DNA from: Longimicrobiales bacterium
GTDB taxonomy: Bacteria; Gemmatimonadota; Gemmatimonadetes; Longimicrobiales; Gaopeijiaceae
Direction: 5' to 3'
DNA: 64,000 bases
Assembly (NCBI GenBank): GCA_965204735.1
Contig: OZ242008.1
Span: 3,840,001 to 3,904,000, forward strand
Made by a program: the position numbers and the translations under genes. The notes under the pieces were generated by a model that did no database searches, was not told where the DNA came from, and saw only the letters and a program-made list of their open reading frames with translations. This document shows, one piece after another, positions 18,654-26,899 of this stretch; the stretch's first letter is position 1; each line of letters begins with the position of its first letter.

Positions 18654-20788
18654 GACTTCGGCCCCCGCTTGGCGCGCCGGGCGTAGAGGGCCGTCGCCCC
18701 GCCAGCCAGCACCAGCCCGGGCGCGCCGAAGATGATCGCGTAGAACCACGCCACGTCTTCCGAACGGGTGTGGAGGACCGGCACGTCCTCTTCCGAGACG
18801 ACCTCGCCGGAGAACGCTTCCTCCTTGCCCAGCCAGCGGATGCCGTCGGCCACCAGGGCGGCGTTGAGCTGGAGGCTGACCAGCACCCGGTCGGCGAAGA
18901 TCTCGGCGTCGCCGTAGACCAGCGCCCGCATTCCGGGCGGGGGCCGGCTGGGGCCGTCGGGGTCGGGTTGGAGATCGGTCGGACCGGCCTGGAGGTCCTC
19001 CGCGACCGCCGCCGCGGTCGTGTCCGCCGTCGCGTCCGCTCCCGGCTCCGCGGCTGCGTCCGCCGACTCCTCGGCCGGGGTCTCGTCGGGAGCTTCCCGC
19101 TCCACCGCGATCGCCACGGCCAAGCTCTCCCGCGTCTCGTCCTCTTCGTCGAAGCGGAAGTCTCCGTTCCGGTCGGCGAAGCTGGAGCGCATGGTGCGGA
19201 CCACCAGCGAGTGGCGGAGTCCCTGCGCGTCGGCGGCGGGCGCCAGGACTTCGGCGCCCAGCATCAGGACGCCCCCGCCTCCTCCCCGGCGGCTCAGGGT
19301 GGTCACCGACGGGTGAGCGGAGAAGCGGTTGGCCACGATGAGGCGGCGGTCGGCGGGCGTGCCGGTCTCGCGCATGTGGTTCCGGTCGTCCACCACCGTC
19401 ACCGGATCGTGCTCGATTCCCAGGCGGCGCCGGAAGTCGCCGATGCGGAACTCGGAGCCGGACTCCAGCGCCACCAGCAGCGATCCGCCCCGGTCCAGGT
19501 ACTCCCGCACCGCGCCGGCCTCCGAGTCGAAGAACGGCCGCTGGGGTCCCAGGATCATGAGGACGGCGGCGTCGTCGGGGATCGCGTCGCCCAACCCTTC
19601 CCGCAACCCCAGATCGCGGACGTCGTAGTTCAGGAGCTCGAGGATCCGGCGAAGCACCGGAAGCGGCGGCTCGCGGGGTCCCCGGGGAGCGTCGCGGGGC
19701 ATCCACGGCTCCCGGGGCTCGTTGCGGGGGGCCAGGGAGTCCTGGGCCAGGGGGTCGTTCATCTCGCCGTGGCCGGTGGTCAGGTAGGCGACGCGGCGGC
19801 CCCGGGCCAAGAGGAGGAGCGCCTGCTGGACCAAGCCGTCCAGGACGCGAAGGCGGCCCCGGGCGTCGTCGAGCTCCGCGGAGAGGGCGATCTGCTCCGT
19901 GCGTTCGCCCACGCGGAGGAAGACCTGACCGTCGGTGCGTGCGCCCCACTCGGCGGCGGCAACGGGGTCGGCGAAGCGGTCGTGCTCCTCCACAGCGACG
20001 TTGCCGGTGGCGGCCGCCAGCGTCTGCACGTAGGTGCGCACCTGCTCTCCCACCGGGTTCAGGGGCGGGAAGAAGAGGGCGACTTGAAGCTGCCCGTCCA
20101 GGTTGCGGACGACGTCGCGGGTGGCTTCGCCCGGGGTGGCGGTCTTGAAGTAGCTGAAGTCGAGGGTCTGGTTGCGCTCGGCCGCGACGTAGCCGAACAG
20201 CATGAGGGCGGCGCCGGCCAGGGCCAGGCTGAAGGCGTTGGCGGCGGTCTCGCGGATGCGGAGGGCGTCGACGTGGAAGGCGTCGGGGGAGGCGGCGGCG
20301 TGGGCGCGCTGGTCGCTGTCGCCGGCGGGGCCGGAGTGGGCTTCGTCTTCGGCGGCGGGGCCGGAACCGGCTTGGCCGCCCTTCTTGGCCGCCCAGTGGG
20401 CAGCCAGCGCGGGAAGGGCCGAGCAGGCGATCAAGATCGACGAAGCGGCCAGGAAGAACCGTCGCACCCGGCGCTCTTCCCGGAAGCCGCCCAGGTCCAG
20501 GCCCAGCCACTCGACGCCGTCCTGGGTGCCCGGCAGGAAGCCGGCGAGGGCCAAGACGCAGCCCAGGCACGAGAGGGCGAAGACGGCCTCGGTGGAGCGG
20601 AGGCCGCCCGCCGGAGCGCTGCGCCACGCGAGCACGCGGAGGACGGCCGCGGCGAGGACGGCCGCGACGCCGGCAAGGATCGTCGGCAAGCGGAGGGCAG
20701 GGGTCCCGTCGAAGACTCGGACGCCGGCGAAGACCGCGGCCAATCCCCCGAAGAGAAGCCAAGTCGTCCAGAGGCGCCTCACTCCCAT
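18650..20788 (-). CDS. GldG-like ABC auxiliary component
   Basis: N-terminal TMs, AYLTTGHGE, ILGPQRPF..E, YLDRGGSLLVALE, VYGDAEIF, C-terminal TM. Confidence 0.8.
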   Translation of the reverse strand: MGVRRLWTTWLLFGGLAAVFAGVRVFDGTPALRLPTILAGVAAVLAAAVLRVLAWRSAPAGGLRSTEAVFALSCLGCVLALAGFLPGTQDGVEWLGLDLGGFREERRVRRFFLAASSILIACSALPALAAHWAAKKGGQAGSGPAAEDEAHSGPAGDSDQRAHAAASPDAFHVDALRIRETAANAFSLALAGAALMLFGYVAAERNQTLDFSYFKTATPGEATRDVVRNLDGQLQVALFFPPLNPVGEQVRTYVQTLAAATGNVAVEEHDRFADPVAAAEWGARTDGQVFLRVGERTEQIALSAELDDARGRLRVLDGLVQQALLLLARGRRVAYLTTGHGEMNDPLAQDSLAPRNEPREPWMPRDAPRGPREPPLPVLRRILELLNYDVRDLGLREGLGDAIPDDAAVLMILGPQRPFFDSEAGAVREYLDRGGSLLVALESGSEFRIGDFRRRLGIEHDPVTVVDDRNHMRETGTPADRRLIVANRFSAHPSVTTLSRRGGGGGVLMLGAEVLAPAADAQGLRHSLVVRTMRSSFADRNGDFRFDEEDETRESLAVAIAVEREAPDETPAEESADAAAEPGADATADTTAAAVAEDLQAGPTDLQPDPDGPSRPPPGMRALVYGDAEIFADRVLVSLQLNAALVADGIRWLGKEEAFSGEVVSEEDVPVLHTRSEDVAWFYAIIFGAPGLVLAGGATALYARRAKRGPKS

Positions 20789-21516
20789 CGCTTCGCCTCC
20801 ATGACCTTGGTGGCCGCGTACAGGAAGAAGTAGGTGAGGGCCAGGTAGTACACCACGTCGCGGAGGTGGAAGAGGCCCGACTGGAAGCCGGCGAAGTGGC
20901 GGCCGTGGATCGCCAGGGCGGCGAAGACCCGGGACACCGGCGGCCCCACGATGCGGGAGAGGGGCCAGAGGAGGAAGAGCGTTCCCGTCAGGACCGACGC
21001 CGTGGCCGCGGCGACCAGCTGGTGGCGCGTGAGGGCGGAGGCGAAGAGGCCGACGGCCAGCACCGCACCGCCGATGAGGGCGAGCCCCAGGTACCCGGTG
21101 AGGACGTGGGCCACCGAGACCTTGCCGTTCACCAGGATCAGCAGGGGCATGTAGAGGGTGGCCAGGTTGATGGCGGCGAGGAACGCCAGCGCGGAGAGGA
21201 ACTTGCCCAGAACGACCTCCCAGTCGCGCACGGGCGAGGTGTCCAGCAGGAGCTGGGTGCCGGTCTGGCGTTCTTCGGCGACGAGCCGGATCGAGAGCGC
21301 CACCGCGGCGATCGCGGTGAGGCCGCTGGCGTTGTAGAAGAAGCCGGCCAGGACCTGTCCCGAAAGGCGCTCGCCGGCGGACGGGCCCAGCGCCTGGGCG
21401 TAGAAGAGAAGGCCGTCGAGCAGCAGCACCGCCGCCGCGACGATGCAGCCCATCGGCGAGCGGACGTAGGCGCCGAACTCGCGGCGGAAGACGACGCCGG
21501 TCGCGCCCGTGCTCAT
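20779..21516 (-). CDS. ABC-2 permease (GldF-like)
   Basis: RREF..Y..SP, AEERQTGTQLLLDTSP, VVLGKFL, SALTRHQLVAA. Confidence 0.88.
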   Translation of the reverse strand: MSTGATGVVFRREFGAYVRSPMGCIVAAAVLLLDGLLFYAQALGPSAGERLSGQVLAGFFYNASGLTAIAAVALSIRLVAEERQTGTQLLLDTSPVRDWEVVLGKFLSALAFLAAINLATLYMPLLILVNGKVSVAHVLTGYLGLALIGGAVLAVGLFASALTRHQLVAAATASVLTGTLFLLWPLSRIVGPPVSRVFAALAIHGRHFAGFQSGLFHLRDVVYYLALTYFFLYAATKVMEAKRWE

Positions 21517-22514
21517 GAGCGAGCGGCTCCGTTCGTGGCCCCGGCCCGTGCGTCGGCGCCCCCGACCAAGCCGACGAAGACCCGCTCCAGCTCCCGTTCG
21601 GCGCGCGCCAGGGCCACGACGTCGTGACCGGCCTCCACCAGGGCGCGGCAGACGGCGGCGCGCAGGTCGTCGTCGCCTTCCACATGGTAGGCGAGCGCCT
21701 GCGCTTCCAGACGGCGACGGATCGGCGGCGCGGGCTCGACGCGGGTCACGCCGGGAACGGCGGCGATCACGGCTTCCGGGTCGGCCCGGGTCGGCTGCGC
21801 GTCGCCGGCGTCGGCTCGAACCGTCACCGCCAAGCGGCGCGAGCGCAGAAGGCCTTCGCCCAGCTCGGCCTCGGTGCCCGAAGCCACGATCTCGCCGTCG
21901 TTCAGCACCAGCAGGCGGTCGCAGGTCTCGCTGATCTCCGGAAGGATGTGGCTCGAGATGAGGATCGTGTGGGAATCCTTCAGCTCCTGGATCATCCCCC
22001 GCATCTCCATGATCTGGACCGGGTCCAGGTCGTGGGTCGGCTCGTCGAGGATCAGAAGCTCGGGGTCGTGGATGATCGCCTGGGCCACGCCGACGCGCTG
22101 GCGGTACCCCTGGGATAGGTGGCGGGCCAGGACGCCGTGGACTTCCGAGACCCGCGCGTGCTCCTCCACTTCCGGCACCCGGCGCGCGACCGCTTCCCTG
22201 GACATGCCCTTGATCCGCCCCGCGAAGGCCAGGTAGTCGCCTACGGTCATGTCTCCGTAGACGGGCGGCGTTTCCGGCAGGTAGCCCACCCTCTTGCGGA
22301 CCTCGTGGGGTTCCCGGAGCGCGTCCAGCCCGTCGATGCGGACCGTGCCCGACGACGGGCGGAGGCCGCAGGCGAGGATGCGCAGCAGCGTGGTCTTGCC
22401 TACGCCGTTGAGGCCCAGAAAGCCCACCGTGTCGCCCTGGGCGATCTCGAAGGACACGGGGCCCAGGGCCCGCTTGGGGCCGTAGTACTTGGTGACGCCG
22501 TCTAGGTGGACCAT
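21513..22514 (-). CDS. ABC transporter ATP-binding protein (GldA-like)
   Basis: GLNGVGKTT Walker A, LSQGYRQRVG, LILDEPT. Confidence 0.92.
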   Translation of the reverse strand: MVHLDGVTKYYGPKRALGPVSFEIAQGDTVGFLGLNGVGKTTLLRILACGLRPSSGTVRIDGLDALREPHEVRKRVGYLPETPPVYGDMTVGDYLAFAGRIKGMSREAVARRVPEVEEHARVSEVHGVLARHLSQGYRQRVGVAQAIIHDPELLILDEPTHDLDPVQIMEMRGMIQELKDSHTILISSHILPEISETCDRLLVLNDGEIVASGTEAELGEGLLRSRRLAVTVRADAGDAQPTRADPEAVIAAVPGVTRVEPAPPIRRRLEAQALAYHVEGDDDLRAAVCRALVEAGHDVVALARAERELERVFVGLVGGADARAGATNGAARS

Positions 22515-22608
22515 GGTGTGGTAATCTCGGGCTTGTCGAAACTTACTTTCAAGCCCCTGTGGATACCGGTGGCGGCGTTTCCGCTGCGCGCCGAGCGCGG
22601 AAAGACCG

Positions 22609-23865
22609 TCACAGGGACGCGAGGAAGCGCAAGAGCGCCGCCCGGGCTTCGGGCGGGAGGGCGGAGAAGGCGTCGCGGGCGGCGGCCGCTTCGCCTCCGT
22701 GGGCTGCGACGGCGGACGCCGGGTCCGAGGCGCGGCCGTCGTGAAGGAAGCGGCGACGGTGGCGCAGTCCCCACAAGGGCGCCGTGCGCAGCTCGGCGGG
22801 GGCGGCGTCGCGACCGCAGACGTCGGCCAGCGCCGGGCCCAGGTCGTGGAGGAGGAAGTCCGAGTAGGGGCGGATCGTCTGATTGGCGAGGGGATCGGGG
22901 TGGCGCGCAGGGTCGGCCGGGGGCGGACCGGTTCTCATCTGCTCCCGATGGCAGGACTCGCAGCCGATCTGTCGAAAGAGCGCGCCGCCTTGGGCAAGGT
23001 CGGCTTCGGCGCCGGCGGGCGCGTCGGGGGCAAGGCCGGCCTCCACGTCCGCCCCGGCCGGGGCCGGGGGCGCCAGAAAGCGCACGTAGTCGGCAAGGAG
23101 CTCGAGCGTCTGCTGGTCGATCTCCGGGTCCGGCATCGGGTCCGCCTCCGGGGGAACGGGAACGCCGTTGCGCGGCTCCTCGGCGGGGTGCGCCGGGGTG
23201 GTGAAGCCGAGCTCGAAGCGGAGGGCCGTGTCGACGAAATCCTCCACGGTGGCGGCTTCGCCCTTGCGCCCGAACCGGGCCGCCCGACCGTCGGGGAGCC
23301 TGGGCAGGCGGCCCGAGATGCCGTCTCCGTCGGCGTCGCCGGGGTCTTCCCGCTCGGCCAGCACGTCCTCCGGCACGGCCTCGACCAACCCCAGCCCCAG
23401 AAGGGGGGGCGCAATCACGCGGGCTGTGGCGGTCGCGGCCTCGGGCACCCTCTCGGGACCGACGCCGTGGGCGGCCAGCAGCTCGGTGGCGCGTCGCTGG
23501 ATGTTGTCGCCGCCCTCCGATTCCAGGAGGTCGCAGCGGCCGTCGGCAAAGCGGGTGGCCTTCACGACGGGCACCCGGGCGCTGCCGCCTCCGGTGGCGG
23601 GCTCGTCGTGGCACCCGCTGCACCGCTCGGCGTTGTAGAGCGGGCCGAGCCCTTCGTCGGCAGTGGCGAGGCGCTCGAAGAGGGCGCGGCCCAGGAAGAA
23701 GCGGCCTCGGGCGGCAGGCTCCAGGCCCGGGAGGGGCTCGCCGGGCGCGACGGCGGGAAGGTCGGCGGGCCGAGAGCCGTCGCACGCGGCCGCGACGCCC
23801 CATGCCAGGGCGCACGCGGCCACGGCGCGCGCGGTGGACCCGGACGGACGACGGGGTGCGGTCAC
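22609..23865 (-). CDS. Di-heme oxidoreductase (DHOR) family lipoprotein, second paralog
   Basis: GTGA overlap; lipobox AAAC; GLGPLYN, CSGCH, DPGDADGDGISGR, CESCH, FLHDGRA. Confidence 0.85.
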   Translation of the reverse strand: MTAPRRPSGSTARAVAACALAWGVAAACDGSRPADLPAVAPGEPLPGLEPAARGRFFLGRALFERLATADEGLGPLYNAERCSGCHDEPATGGGSARVPVVKATRFADGRCDLLESEGGDNIQRRATELLAAHGVGPERVPEAATATARVIAPPLLGLGLVEAVPEDVLAEREDPGDADGDGISGRLPRLPDGRAARFGRKGEAATVEDFVDTALRFELGFTTPAHPAEEPRNGVPVPPEADPMPDPEIDQQTLELLADYVRFLAPPAPAGADVEAGLAPDAPAGAEADLAQGGALFRQIGCESCHREQMRTGPPPADPARHPDPLANQTIRPYSDFLLHDLGPALADVCGRDAAPAELRTAPLWGLRHRRRFLHDGRASDPASAVAAHGGEAAAARDAFSALPPEARAALLRFLASL

Positions 23866-25313
23866 GAACCCGGAGCGGCGCCTGCCCCTGCTCCCTCCAG
23901 CATCGCCCGCGCCTTGACGATCGCTCCCAGGACGCCGTTTGCCCGCGCCTCGGCTCCGACACGGGCGAGCAGCCACGCTTCGAAGAGCGGCGACAGGGAG
24001 CGGGCTTGACCCTGCCTCGACACGACCGTCTCCATGTGGCGCGCCAGCGCCGAGCGGGACGGGGCGTCGGAGGCGTCCAGCCCCAGAGCCTGGGTCCAGT
24101 ACTCGATCTCGTCGGCGTGGGCTTCGGCGAAGGCGTCGAGGGTCGCCTCGTCCAGCGAGAACTCGCGCCGCCGCAAGTCGCCCAAGCGAAGCTCCCGCGT
24201 CGCCAGCTCCCGCAGCAAGTCGGCCTTCGGCTCCTCGTCCGCCGCCGCCAGCTCGAGCCGGGCCTGGGCGGGAAAGAAGACCACGTGGCGGGCGACGTCC
24301 GCGGCGGTCAGGGTCCCTCCCTCCCAAGCGGCCATGGGGGTCGCCGACTCCAGCCACTCCGCCGGCGCCGCCGCCACGACCCCGACCAGGTGGACCGCGG
24401 CGGGGGACAGCTCCATGCCGGACTCCGCGCGCGCCTCCTCTCCGGCCGCCGCCTCGGCCGCCGCCAGGCGCCGCTCCCGGAGCCGGGCCGCGAAGACCAA
24501 GCCGACCTCTTCGAAGCGCGGCCGGTAGACGACGTGGAAGCCTTGGCGGGTCTGGACGACTCCCGACACCTGGCCCGGCTCGAGTCGAAACGCCGCCCGG
24601 TCCAGGTTGGAGGGAAGCTCGCCTCGGGCGAAGAGGCCCATGAGTCCCGCCGCTTGGCGGGAAGCGGCGTCCTCGCTCTCGGCCACCACGTCGTTCCACG
24701 ACGCGCCCGCCACGATCGACTCCAGGATGCGCTCCGCCGTGCGCTGCTGAAGCACCCGCTCGGCCGAAGAAGTCTCTGGGCCGACCCGTCGCAGGACGTG
24801 GGCGATCAAGCGCAGGGAGCCGTCTTGGAACGTTGCGTCGACGGCTTCGGCAGAGGGCGAGACGGCGGCGCCCAGGCGCGCTTCCCGGTCGGCGGCCAGA
24901 AGGGCTTCCCGCCGATCCAGCCAGGCGGCGGCCTCCAGCGCTTCCGAGCCGAGAAGAGAGTCGCCGGCGGCGGAGCGCAGGGCCAGCGCCGCGGCCCCCT
25001 GCCAGTGGCGGACCAGCTCGGCGACCGGCAGGGAGTCCAGCGGGAAGGGCTGGGCCAGCACGAGGAGCTCGGCCAGCCGGTCCTCGGAAAGGCTCCACTC
25101 GCCCGCGCGCGCTGCAAGGCCCCGGCGGGCCAAGTCGTCGCACGCGACAGCGGCCAGCGCCGCGGTCGCCGCCAGCAGCGAGACCAGCCGGCGCGCCGAA
25201 GGGTCGGCCGGCCCTCTGCTCGCGCGCGACGGCCGGCGGGCCCCGGCCGCGACGGGCCGAGCGGAAGCGAGCTGCCGGCCGACGACGCGACCGAAAGCAG
25301 AGCTTCTTGTCAG
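23862..25313 (-). CDS. Parvulin/PpiC-type peptidylprolyl isomerase lipoprotein; probable CTG start (first canonical start TTG 25133)
   Basis: HVL, SEDAAS..AGLMGLF, AAFRLEPGQVSGVVQTRQGFHVV rotamase motifs; in-frame RRLVSLLAATAALAAVAC signal lies upstream of 25133. Confidence 0.75.
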   Translation of the reverse strand: MTRSSAFGRVVGRQLASARPVAAGARRPSRASRGPADPSARRLVSLLAATAALAAVACDDLARRGLAARAGEWSLSEDRLAELLVLAQPFPLDSLPVAELVRHWQGAAALALRSAAGDSLLGSEALEAAAWLDRREALLAADREARLGAAVSPSAEAVDATFQDGSLRLIAHVLRRVGPETSSAERVLQQRTAERILESIVAGASWNDVVAESEDAASRQAAGLMGLFARGELPSNLDRAAFRLEPGQVSGVVQTRQGFHVVYRPRFEEVGLVFAARLRERRLAAAEAAAGEEARAESGMELSPAAVHLVGVVAAAPAEWLESATPMAAWEGGTLTAADVARHVVFFPAQARLELAAADEEPKADLLRELATRELRLGDLRRREFSLDEATLDAFAEAHADEIEYWTQALGLDASDAPSRSALARHMETVVSRQGQARSLSPLFEAWLLARVGAEARANGVLGAIVKARAMLEGAGAGAAPGS

Positions 25314-25780
25314 CGAACCACCACCGTGATGGTGTCGGCCACGGGCGGGTCGAGGGGAACGTGCACCCCGTCGGCGACGACGGCGACGATCCGGTGCTCG
25401 CCCGGCGTCAAGTCCTCCAGCGTAAACTCCGTCTGCGCCTGTCCCATGTGGTAGTGGACGCCCGGGTCGTTGGGGATCGGCAGCGTCCAGTCCACTTCGC
25501 CGTCCACGATCAGGTGGTGGTGTCCGGTGCCCGGGTCCATGACGCCGGCGGCGACGACGGTCAGGCCCGTCACCTCCATGACGACGAGGAGCGGTCCCTG
25601 GTCCACGACGGCGCCGTCTTCCGGGGCGACGATCGACACGGTGGCGGGTTCGGCGGCCGCGTCCTCCTGTTCGACGGCCTGGTCCGGCGGCTCCTCCGAG
25701 GAAGGCCTATCGCCCGTCTCTCCTCTGCACGCCGCGAACGACAGCGCGAGGGTCCCGATTCCCACGATGCGAAGAAACAT
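25310..25780 (-). CDS. DUF4399 family His-rich lipoprotein
   Basis: Lipobox FAAC; PEDGAVV, GTGHHHLIVD, HYHMGQAQTE, LTPGEH, ADGVHVP. Confidence 0.85.
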   Translation of the reverse strand: MFLRIVGIGTLALSFAACRGETGDRPSSEEPPDQAVEQEDAAAEPATVSIVAPEDGAVVDQGPLLVVMEVTGLTVVAAGVMDPGTGHHHLIVDGEVDWTLPIPNDPGVHYHMGQAQTEFTLEDLTPGEHRIVAVVADGVHVPLDPPVADTITVVVR

Positions 25781-26020
25781 CTCCCGTTTGCTCCTTTCTT
25801 CGGACGCCCATGTCCGCTTCAGGTGCCGGGCGCGCTGCCGCCGCATCCGGCGGTTCCGGCCCCTGTCGCTTGCCAAGGTCGCTCCGCGGGAGTCGGCGCG
25901 CCAGTGCTGCGCCGCTGTCGCGGCCAAGGCGTTCGGGCATAACTTGCCGCGCGCTCCTCGCTCCCGGCCGTGGACTCCGGCCCTGGGAAGACATCCAACT
26001 CCGGCCCCGCGAAGACTTCC

Positions 26021-26899
26021 ATGCTCGAAGTCAAGAACCTGGTGAAGGTGTATCCCGGCCCCGTGGCCGCTCTGCAGGGCGTGTCGATCACCGTCTCGAA
26101 GGGCATGTTCGGGCTGCTGGGTCCCAACGGCGCCGGCAAGACGACCCTGATGCGCATCGTCGCCGGGCTGCTGGAGCCGACTTCCGGCACAGTGCGCTTC
26201 GAGGGCGAGGACGTGGTGGAGGAGCCCCGTCGCATTCGGCGCAAGCTGGGCTACCTGCCGCAGGACTTCGGCTTCTACCCGCACATGAGCGGCAAGGCCA
26301 TGCTTCGGTTCCTGCTGCAGCTGAAGGGCGTGCAGGCGCCGCAGGGAGTGGACGTCCTCGCCGACGAGCTGCTGGAGCGGGTCAACCTCGCCTACGCCGC
26401 GAAGCGCAAGGTCAAGAGCTACTCGGGAGGCATGAGGCAGCGGCTGGGAATCGCTCAAGCGCTTGCGGGCAACCCCCGAATCGTCATCGTCGACGAGCCG
26501 ACGGCGGGACTCGACCCCGAAGAGCGCTTGCGCTTCTACCGGCTGCTGGCCGAGATCGCCGAAGACCGGACGGTGCTCCTCTCCACTCACATCGTCGAGG
26601 ACATCTCGGTGCTTTGCTCCCGGGTCGCGATCATGCACGACGGACGCTTCGTCGCCGACACGACCCCTGCCGAGGCGCGCAGCCGACTGGCGGGAACGAT
26701 CTTCGAAGGCGCGGTCGACGCCGGCGGGCTGGCAGAGACGATCCACCGCTACCGGGTGACCCAGGCCGTGCTGGTGGAAGGGCGCAACCGAGTGCGGGTG
26801 CACGTGCCGGAAGGAGCGCCCCCGGAAGGCTTCGCCCTCGTCGAGCCGACGCTCGAGGACGCCTACCTCTTGCTGGCGCGGGCCGCCGACGCCGAGTGA
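26021..26899 (+). CDS. ABC transporter ATP-binding protein
   Basis: GPNGAGKTT, YSGGMRQRLGIAQAL, IVDEPTAGLDP. Confidence 0.92.
   Translation: MLEVKNLVKVYPGPVAALQGVSITVSKGMFGLLGPNGAGKTTLMRIVAGLLEPTSGTVRFEGEDVVEEPRRIRRKLGYLPQDFGFYPHMSGKAMLRFLLQLKGVQAPQGVDVLADELLERVNLAYAAKRKVKSYSGGMRQRLGIAQALAGNPRIVIVDEPTAGLDPEERLRFYRLLAEIAEDRTVLLSTHIVEDISVLCSRVAIMHDGRFVADTTPAEARSRLAGTIFEGAVDAGGLAETIHRYRVTQAVLVEGRNRVRVHVPEGAPPEGFALVEPTLEDAYLLLARAADAE

Noticed and set aside
17646..21685. Giant 1038-aa and 1011-aa proteins in the ORF track
   Set aside because: Only the C-terminal parts are real (DUF4340-like from 18653, GldG-like from 20788); the rest overlaps upstream genes out of frame.
18650..22514. Gliding motility locus
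   Set aside because: GldAFG-like ABC modules are widespread in non-gliding bacteria and no gldK-N or spr genes are in the window.
25810..26895. Fusion or frameshift between the ABC ATPase and the permease-peptidase
   Set aside because: A normal GTGA overlap at 26896-26899 explains two separate genes.
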